In this document: positions 35,319 to 44,372 of the stretch, piece after piece | Numbering within the stretch: the stretch's first letter is position 1 | Layout: the number at the start of each line of letters is the position of its first letter | From: Proteromonas lacertae | Taxonomy: Eukaryota | Assembly: GCA_002245135.1 (NCBI GenBank) | Contig: NGBS01001207.1 | Location: 1 to 44,372 of the forward strand | DNA: 44,372 bases | Direction of reading: 5' to 3' | Made by a program: the position numbers and the translations under genes | The notes under the pieces: generated by a model | The model's database searches: none | What the model was told of the DNA's origin: nothing | The model's input: only the letters and a program-made list of their open reading frames with translations

Positions 35319-35935
35319 TGTTGTACGCTGTTGGGAGATTTGCGCCGTTGGGAGATAAAAGGGTTTTAGATTACGTTGAAGTTATATTCGTAACCATGAG
35401 CCCCTAAATATTACAGATATACACTTAGTTTTTCAAAAAAGTTACGTTGGCTGTATATCGTATAGTTCTGGTTAATCAGTTATATATCCAACATTGTATA
35501 TTTATACTTCATATTAAACGTCAATAGCAATAGCAGAAAACGAAATTAAAGTTTTTAGATGAATAGAATATAATAATTTTAATTTCTTTATACATAATAT
35601 TGAAATTGAAAAAGTAGGCTTGAAAGAGGCTTGAACTCGATTTTTATTTTTCCATTTTTAATTGCCTTAACATCAATTTTTTCATATCTTATTCATCTCA
35701 GCTGATGTATTTTTGTCTGTAGTAACGATTGAAACAAAAAAATATTGAATGAAGTAAAATGCGTTTCATATATACAAGGCGGAAGCTTAAAAAAAATATA
35801 TCACAGATGTAGCTTATATGCCAAAGTAAGATTATTTATGATTATATCTCACTACCAAACCCTCTACTGTCGAATTAGTTTTTAATAAAACCCTTTTATC
35901 TCCCAACGGCGCAAATCTCCCAACGGAGTACAACA
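35319..35935. mobile_element. 617-bp non-autonomous TIR element with TGT..ACA ends and 5-bp TSD GCATA (Ginger/TDD-like)
   Basis: 50-bp TIRs 35319-35368 and 35886-35935 (2 mismatches), each with two GTTGGGAGAT repeats; GCATA at 35314-35318 and 35936-35940. Confidence 0.85.
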
Positions 35936-36067
35936 GCATATATATTATGGACTATAGTTTTAACCTCGATTCTTTTTATAATAGCTCAATGTACTATATA
36001 ATTATACAATTGCGCATCTTTTATTCGTGTGAAATGGGTTCTTAGCATTATATTTCGCTTAAAATGA

Positions 36068-36498
36068 ATAATAATGGAATAAAGGGGGAAATGACTCGTG
36101 AGTCATTTCCCCCTATTGTTTTTTCGTTAAATGAATCATTTTTATTGTTTAATAATCATTCATATACTATTATAAAACCCAAACAAACAATAAAGCAATT
36201 CAATGAACTTCAATTAATAATTAGATTTCATAATTAGATTCAAATTAATTAGTTTTAATTACTTTGCATAGTTAAATAAATCTATAGTTCCAATTATTTC
36301 TTCTTCTTCTTCTGATTCGGTTTCTGTATCTTCATCAATCATAATCAAATCGCGTTTTACTACTTCTTCCACAACCTTTTTATCTTCTTTACCATAAGAA
36401 AATGTAACGAATATTATTTTGGGTAACAAAATGTAACGGTCAAAAACACATAGGGGGAAATGACTCACGAGTCATTTCCCCCTTTATTCCATTATTAT
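36068..36498. mobile_element. 431-bp MITE-like element with 49-bp TIRs, each containing a 32-bp palindrome; possible 6-bp TSD AAATGA
   Basis: TIRs 36068-36116 and 36450-36498; core AGGGGGAAATGACTC-NN-GAGTCATTTCCCCCT; AAATGA at 36062-36067 and 36499-36504. Confidence 0.75.
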
Positions 36499-36826
36499 AA
36501 ATGAAATAAAATATATAATAAAAAAACTAAGGAATAATAGTTAATAGATATATTGTTTGCTTATATTTATTCAACTTTTCTTTCATCCCCATGTGTAATA
36601 AGCCACTAGTGTAAATTGCCTCATAATTAATTAAATCTTAAATTCATTAAATAAGATGTGAATTATAAAATGATTTGGCTTGACATTTTCCTAGAATTTT
36701 CTAAATTTTCTTATTTCAATATTGATTGATTTTCCTAAAATATGATATTGAATTGGTTGATAATACATCAACAAAAAAAAGAGAGATAAAAATCACTTAT
36801 AACAATAATAATTAAATAAAAAACTA

Positions 36827-38659
36827 TTAAAGAGCTTCTAATACTTCATACTTAGATGATTTTCTATCAAATAATCTATGTATTTCTTCAAGAGTTAAAC
36901 CTTTTGTTTCTACTAAATAACAGTACAAATAAACAAAATTCAAAACTGAAATTCCACCATACAAGAAAAAAGCTCCATATCCTTTTAAAGCATTAATTAA
37001 ACTCAAAAATGTTGCAGAAACTGCAAAATTAGTTACCCAGTTAACAGAAGAAGTAATAGCCATCCCAATACTACGATATTCTAATGGAAATATTTCACTA
37101 TTAATTGCCCAAGGCATTGAACCCATTCCTGGAGCAAAACATGCTAAAAATAATACTAATAAAATCAATATTGGCCAACCCTATAATATAATAACAATAA
37201 AAATATATACTAAATATGAAGGACAGGTTGTATAATCATATCCACCATTCATATTACATTCTAAGATTGATGAATTATAATTATAAAAAGGATCAGTCTC
37301 ATTTCCAGAGATACAATAGGTTGTTCTACCAGCTATAACTCAATAATAAAGAAATATTATTATTAAATATTAATAAATATACATTTACATACACCACACA
37401 TTGAGTCAGATATACATTTACTACATTTACTGTATAAGCTGCATGTATCAGTTGTATTATCACTAATTACAGTTAAAGGATATGAAAAAATATCATCCAA
37501 TAAAAATGATGCACCCATTAAGAATATCACCATAATTACTAATCCCAAACTACAAAGAGTCAATAATCTTCTACCTTTTCTATCTACTAAATACATACCA
37601 ACAGGTGTAAATATGAAATTACTAAACGATACAAAACATGATAACCATATAGCATCAGAAGATTTAGTAAAACCACTCATTTTGATAATCATTGGTGAAT
37701 AGTACATTATATTATTAATTCCAGCTGTTTGTTGAGCAAATTGTAATACACAACCTAATAATAAAGCAGAACGAAGTGATGAAGATTTGAAAAAATCAAA
37801 TATTTTGTGATGAGGAATATCATTCTTTGGTAATGAATTTTTCTATTTGTTTATATATATATTATATATAATTATATACAATTTCTTCTAATTCATTTTC
37901 AATTTTTTCTCTTTCTTTTTCATTTCGTATAAACAATAATGCTTTGACTGCTTCTTCTTCTCTTTCTTTTAATAATAACCATCGAGGACTCTTAGGTAAA
38001 TAGAAATAAAATAATATTAATTGTAAAAAGGCGGGGATAAAAGCTATTCCTAACATATACCTCCAACCACTAGAAGTAGTAGAAAATATTCCATCAACTA
38101 GTGATGCAATGAATTGACCACCTGTTACAAACAATGTATTCAATGTTACTAAGAATCCACGTAATTCGGGAGGTGCTGCTTCAGATATATAGATTGGAAC
38201 TGTTAACGATGATAATCCAACACCCAAACCCACCACTATTCTACCAATTATTAGCTCTATGAAGTTTTGGGAGAAGGCTAATACTAATGAACCAATTGAA
38301 AATAAGATAGCGCTTATCATTATTGTGAAATGTCTGCCTTTCCAGTCATTTAGGTAACTACCACAGATTGAAGCAATAAATGCTGAAAATATTGTACTAC
38401 TTACTATGATTTCCATCTCTACATCATCTAAATTCAATTCTTCTGATATTAATAGAATTGCACCAGACACTACTCCCTATTTCTCTTTAAATATATTTAT
38501 TCATACAGTATCATAACCAAATAAAAATCCACCTATTGTAGTCACTAATGTAAACATATAAACTACACATTTGCTCTTCTTTGATATAACACCATTATTT
38601 TCTTCTATACTATCAGGATTGGATTTAACTAAATTGGATAACTCTTCTTTATTTTGCAT
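36827..38659 (-). CDS. MFS sugar porter, H+/myo-inositol transporter type (multi-exon)
   Basis: GGFLFGYDTG, DWKGR, PIYISEAAPPELRG, PKSPRWL, QQTAGIN..MYYS, DRKGRR, PWAINSEIFP and ETKGLTLEEI, plus the Cys-rich extracellular loop typical of inositol transporters; ATG at 38659. Confidence 0.9.
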
Positions 38660-39021
38660 TTCTTTAGGTATGAAGATAAAAAGGATGAATTGAAATCTAT
38701 TTTGACCTAACTTTTATCAAAATAGTTTTAAATAAAGATGTGTATTTCTATTATGTAGTAATTTATCAGGTATAAACAAGATGATTTCATATTAACATAA
38801 GTAGTACTATTCATTTTATAGTAATTAAACCAATCTATACAACCCTAATATATAAATTGAATTTCTTTTCACTTCGAATATTCCTACAAGTTATTTCATA
38901 TTCTCTCTTTTCCATTTCTTTATTTACTTGTTCATTACTTATTCCACCATCTTTATTTATTTCTAAACCAGTTCAATTAAAATTATATGAATAATACAGG
39001 TATTGTAAGTATAAATTTTGT

Positions 39022-41142
39022 TTAATTTTGATTACAAACTGATAACAATTCTATTGATGTGTTTTTATAAAATAATTCAGCATAAGGATATAATGGAGAA
39101 GGTAAATCTTTAACAAGCAATACAGGAGATGAATCATTATGACTTATCCAAAATTCTCTTTTATTCATATCAACAATCACTTCATAAATTGAGCCATCTC
39201 CATGATTGAAATTTGGATTTTTATTAACAACTCTTCCAATATGACAATATGGAGTAATATCTTGACTTTTACCATAAAATGCATAATAATTACATGTTGT
39301 TGATTGATCATCAATATTATTACCAGAATATGTATTTTCAGCTGATAATCCTAACATTATACCATCATATTTATTTCCATTTTGATGAAATTGATATTTG
39401 ATATGATAAACTCCATTTTCCATTTTCAAATTTAAATAACAATGATTAGAATCATAGAATATATTTGTTATTAATTTTCCATTATTTGATACTTCTATTC
39501 CATCACTTTTGTTTAATTCTGTAAATTTTACATCAACAAATTCTAATGATATTTTGAATTTCTTTTCATTTAGAATATTCTTACAACTTATTTCATATTT
39601 TCTCTTTTCGATTTCTTTATTCATTTTTCCATGAATTATTCCATTTTCTTTTTCTATCATCATTCCATCTGGCAATGAAGGATTGATTGAAAATTCACAT
39701 CGATTTCCATCAAATGAAGGAATTATTGATATTTCTTCATCTAATATAAAGAAATATTCTGATTGAAGATATGAAAATGATGTGATTTCTTTTGTTTTTA
39801 ATTCTTTCAATAATTCTTTATCTTTCATTATTTTTATCATTTCTTCTTCTTCTTCGAAACTCAGTTTATTCTCTTTTATATACTCCATTAATAATTCTTT
39901 GGATTTGGAGTTTAAATAATTATCTTCATTCAATATTCTATAAAGAATCTCTTTTCCACATACTTCCTCCATTATTGAAATATTCTTTTTATCATCAATG
40001 AATAAACATAAACATTTCATTGTTCGATTTCTTTTATTCTCATTATATTCTATACATAATCTATCCAATAGATTTCTCTTTTCGATATTTGAGATATATT
40101 CTATTTAAATATATTTTTAGTATTTATACTTTCCATTTTCACATTTTTATATTTCATTATCATCAATACTATTTCGATTATTTTTATATTATTCATTTCT
40201 AATATACACAGTATTTCATCATTCAATTCTTCTTCTTTCATTTTATCCAATATTCTTCTTTCTTCTTCATTAAAGTCTTCTTTTTTATTATCTTCATTGT
40301 AATTATTCATTATTATATTTTGAATTCTCTCATCTTTTATTAAATATATTTCTATATGATTTTTACATTCATTCTCTTTTAATTCTATTTTCATTTCTTT
40401 CAACATTTCTTTATTCTCTTTTTCTATCTCTTTCTCTTTTATCTTTTCTACATCGATATCTTCTTCTATCAATTGTTTAAAATCATCTTCTATCTCTTTA
40501 TTGTCATACTTATTCTTTTGGAATTTATACCATTCTAATAAGCGATTTAATAACCAACTCTCACTTCGAATTATCATATCTTTCATATTTAATATCTCAC
40601 TCAAATTATTCATTTCTAATCTCAACAAATATTCATTCTTATATAAATATTTATATCCTCGCTTTTCTATTTCCATATTTTTCAAGTCTTCTATCTCTCT
40701 CAAACATCCACCAAATACATTACAAATATGAATTAATTTCATTAACACTTCATCATCTATATTATTCTTCACAAATTCATAACAATCATTTATTATCTCT
40801 TTTTCACAATAACATAAACAAAACATCAACACTTCACACACACTCTCTTTACAGATTATCAGTTCACCACCACTGTAGTATTTCTCCATCTCATAATATC
40901 CAATTTCTTTGATTTCTTCATATAACTCTAAAACTCCAACAAACTCACGATCTAACAACAGTTTCTTTACTGTTTCATTTCCATTCACTAAAATTGACTT
41001 GATTGACATTATTCGATTATCTCTAATCTTCACTTCTATATCACCAAAACCACTTTCAACCAATTTTCGACATAATCTATCATAAAAATAAATATAAAAT
41101 ATACCCCTCTTCTCTTATGCTTTTATTCACTTTTATTATCAT
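39022..41142 (-). CDS. Protein with BTB/BACK-like N-terminus, He_PIG-like Ig repeat and SPRY-like C-terminus
   Basis: ORFs 40101-41063 and 39022-40068 join through a 29-nt GT-AG intron (40101-40129), and a short first exon starts at ATG 41142. Motifs: FGDIEVKI, IRSESWLLNRLLEW, FSINPSLPDGMMIEKENGIIHG, VIVDMNKREF...LYPYAEL. Confidence 0.65.
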
Positions 41143-41483
41143 CTTTATGTAAATATACAACAAAAATAACGAAATTGGATTTTTATCAAAATTTTGAATA
41201 ACCCAAAACTTAAAATGTGATTTAATTCAATTGAAGAAGGTGTGATAAAGACAATAATACTCAATTGTGATTTATTAATGCATATTGTATATGATATGAT
41301 GATATAATTGATGAAAAGTAAGTGAGAGTGATACTTTGTTTATTTATAATGAAATTTAATATTAATATACTATTAATGGTTACTGGTATTTAAATTCATA
41401 TACATAATACAAATTTATCAACATTTATTATGAAGGCTTGAATTCCTATCAAGCTATTTTGAATTTTGATTTTGTATTAGAAG

Positions 41484-44372
41484 ATGCAATCACAAATAAA
41501 AGCAGATATTAATGATAACCAGAATATTAATTTCGATTCAAAATCCCTTATGGATAATATACAAGTGAATATAATGAATGCAGAAGGATTATCTCACATG
41601 ACTCAAGTATATTGTAAAATATTAACCTTACTGAATAGCTAAATGAGAAACTGAATGCTTTGTATTCAATTAGTTATTATCAAGTGTTAATGAATGGAAG
41701 TGATCCTTCAATATTATTGAAACCTTCAGTTGAAGATGGTTATTATCCATTTCTAGTTAACAATTTCCCATTTCTTTGTCAAGCTCTTTTGAAGAATATC
41801 AATTCAACAACTCCTTCCCTTCGTCTTTCTTCTATAAACATTTTATTGTTTTTAATTAAAACATTAGAATGTTCTATAGGAGAAAATATAATAGATATAA
41901 CAAATATACTCTTTAATTTATATCCAAATGAACAAAACAATGTTCAAATACCTGAAGATTTAATAATATCTGCTTTAGATAATATTTATACACAATATTC
42001 ATATATTTCTCCACAGTTACTAATCGTATATATATATATATATATATATTAGAATCTATTTTACAAATCATTATTACCTGTTTTACAAGACGATTCTAAG
42101 CCAACAAGATGTAGAATAATCCTTTTAAGATCAATATATTTCATAATAAATAGATTAAAAGAAGATTTACCAATATGTAAAGAATTAATTGTTGGGTTTA
42201 TATATCAGACACAAAATCTTTCAACAGAAGTGTCATCTGCTTCAAAGAAATGTATATTATCAATAATAGAGAATAATAACAACAATAATAATTTGCAAGA
42301 GATATTTAATGGATATAATAAAGGAATAATGATATATTATAACCTTCAACACATGAATGATTCATTCTTAAGTGTGTCAAGCATTTGTAGGTTAATAGAA
42401 TCTACATTTGAATATATATCCGTTGATAAATGTAATTCGAAGTTGTTGGACTATTTAAATCCAATATTTAGTAGTTTGATTGATATTGTGAATAATAACA
42501 ATCTGATAATAAAGTATATATACAATCTATATATTGATATAATAGCATCAATGACAATCCTAATATTACTGAAGTATTTGTGTATATTTATATTATAGAA
42601 TCTAATTCATATATTGAATGTAATTGGAATAATTAATCAATTAGTGCCTTCACTATCATCAATGTATTGTGAAATAATAATAATACCAACAATAAACCAT
42701 TTACAACAACAAGTATAACAGATATTTATTTTATATTAATAAATAGTGGTTAAAACATCCTCCTACTATTCACGAATTAGTCATATTATCCAATATATTA
42801 TCATATTATCCCAAATATTACAAACCATCCAATGAAACAACATCATCATCATCTTCAACAACTTCATCTACATCCATTCCTTTATTGAAGGAAATATTGT
42901 TAAATTTAATAGATATATTTATTCCGTATCTAACAAGAAGTAGAGAAGATGAATATTTTATAGTGTTAAAACTGTTATTATGTAATATTTATCCATATAT
43001 ATTACCAAATTTCATTGAACCACTGGTTAAAGCATTGATTAATAAATATAGTTTAAGATCTTTATCGCATCGTGATGCTTTATTAGTATTAATCCATTGT
43101 ATCACTGAATCTCCAAATTTGAATCAAGATCTATTACCCTTAAATGCATTTCCCATTCCAGCAAAATATACTGATTTTGTTACTTATAGATATGGAGATA
43201 CTCTATCATGTGTTGATGCATTTGATTATTCAATTATTGAGACTGAAGAATTTGAAAATAATTCACAAATTGTTATTGATTCATTGGAATACTGTTATTT
43301 ATTATTGTATTAGTAATGATAATAATAATAATAATAAAGAAGATAATGGAGAAGAAGAAAGAAGAAGGTGAGAATAATAACCTGATTTATTAACAAGAAT
43401 ATCATTCTTATGTTTGTGTTTAGAAAATGTTAATCCTTTTCAATTCAATCATATCTTTTTTTTCCATATATATTTAAGTAATATATTACTCATATTTTCT
43501 TTAATTTGTAATGTAAATCAACAATAACTGAACAGTTGACTATTATATTACAAATTGTATTCAAATTATTAGATAATATTAACGGAGTAATATTAGAACA
43601 GATGTTCACATTTATGTGTATTAATTGAATATTGCTGTAGATATCATTTACAGAAATTAAATGAAGAAAAAGTATAGATAATATTTTTATATATAACTAT
43701 GTAATGATATATAGAAAGAGATTATTTATAATCTATTTCATAATCTCTTCTTAGGATGTTTAGATAAATGCTTCAATTCAAATAATGTTATAGTAAACCC
43801 ACACTTGTTGTTATATTCACTTAAATATTTAATATTTTATTTTAATAACATGTCTCAAATTAGAAAATTTAAGTGAAAATATGAAGTATAGTTATTATAT
43901 ATATGTTTTATGAATAGATCAATAATGATACAAGATATTTACACAATATATAAATATATAGATGTAATCTTACATTGTTCTTCATGGAATAATTTAAATA
44001 AAATGTCACTTCATGTGTTATATTGGTATGTCACAATGATATTTCCATATAAAACATATCATAAATCAATCAATGATATTATAATGATGTTATTACAAAG
44101 CACTATGTCAATTGAAAGAGAAACTGCATATAAGATTATAATGTATTATATTGAATGATGAAGATCACTGTTTTAATGTATTTATATATAATAAACTAAT
44201 TTATAATTCTATGTATAGTTACCTTGGGATATAATTAACAGTATAACTGAAGATAAATATTCATATTTGCATTTAATAAAAGAGTATGAAGAGAATAATA
44301 ATGATGATGAAGAGATAATGGAGCAGTTGGAAATATGTAGTAAAAATGAACATCTTGAAGATTATCCTGTTG
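41484..44372 (+). CDS. Multi-exon alpha-helical (HEAT/ARM-like) host protein, runs off the window
   Basis: Co-oriented exonic ORFs (41660-42052, 42230-42598, 42885-43313, 43910-44158) separated by short GT-AG introns; Leu/Ile-rich helical pattern. Family not recognised, and it could be more than one gene. Confidence 0.55.

Noticed and set aside
35112..35369. 85-aa ORF
   Set aside because: Spans the MULE-2 terminus, the flank and the next element's TIR; a chance open frame.
35319..36498. GC-rich short repeats as a CRISPR array or rho-independent terminators
   Set aside because: Only two inverted copies each, no repeat-spacer periodicity, no cas genes, eukaryotic context.
39792..40731. Plus-strand ORFs 39792-40001, 40020-40202 and 40501-40731
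   Set aside because: Antisense to the BTB-like/SPRY gene.

Overview
Very AT-rich eukaryotic DNA whose host genes carry tiny (~28-40 nt) GT-AG introns; by inference a SAR/stramenopile protist, possibly Blastocystis-like, which the sequence alone cannot prove. Host genes flank the window: an HCF101-type Mrp/NBP35 Fe-S scaffold and a giant HECT E3 ligase on the left; an inositol-type sugar porter, a BTB-like/Ig/SPRY protein and an alpha-helical repeat protein on the right. Between them (~12.3-36.5 kb) is a nest of mobile DNA. (1) An intronless Polinton/Maverick-like cassette with an rve integrase, an A32-like packaging ATPase and six orphan ORFs, but no recognisable pPolB or capsid. (2) An 8863-bp Mutator (MULE) element at 18053-26915 with 2694-bp mirror-image arms and a 9-bp TSD. 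It splits a cassette gene in frame, encodes a transposase fused to a Ulp1-like protease, and carries captured MCM5 (introns retained), HSP70 and kinase fragments in both arms. (3) A related 6754-bp MULE at 28499-35252 with 2323-bp arms that include the transposase start codon; it has no TSD and abuts a probable remnant of the cassette's right inverted repeat. (4) Two small TIR elements: a 617-bp TGT..ACA element with a 5-bp TSD, and a 431-bp element whose TIRs are themselves hairpins. All family calls come from motif recognition by eye; no database search was run.
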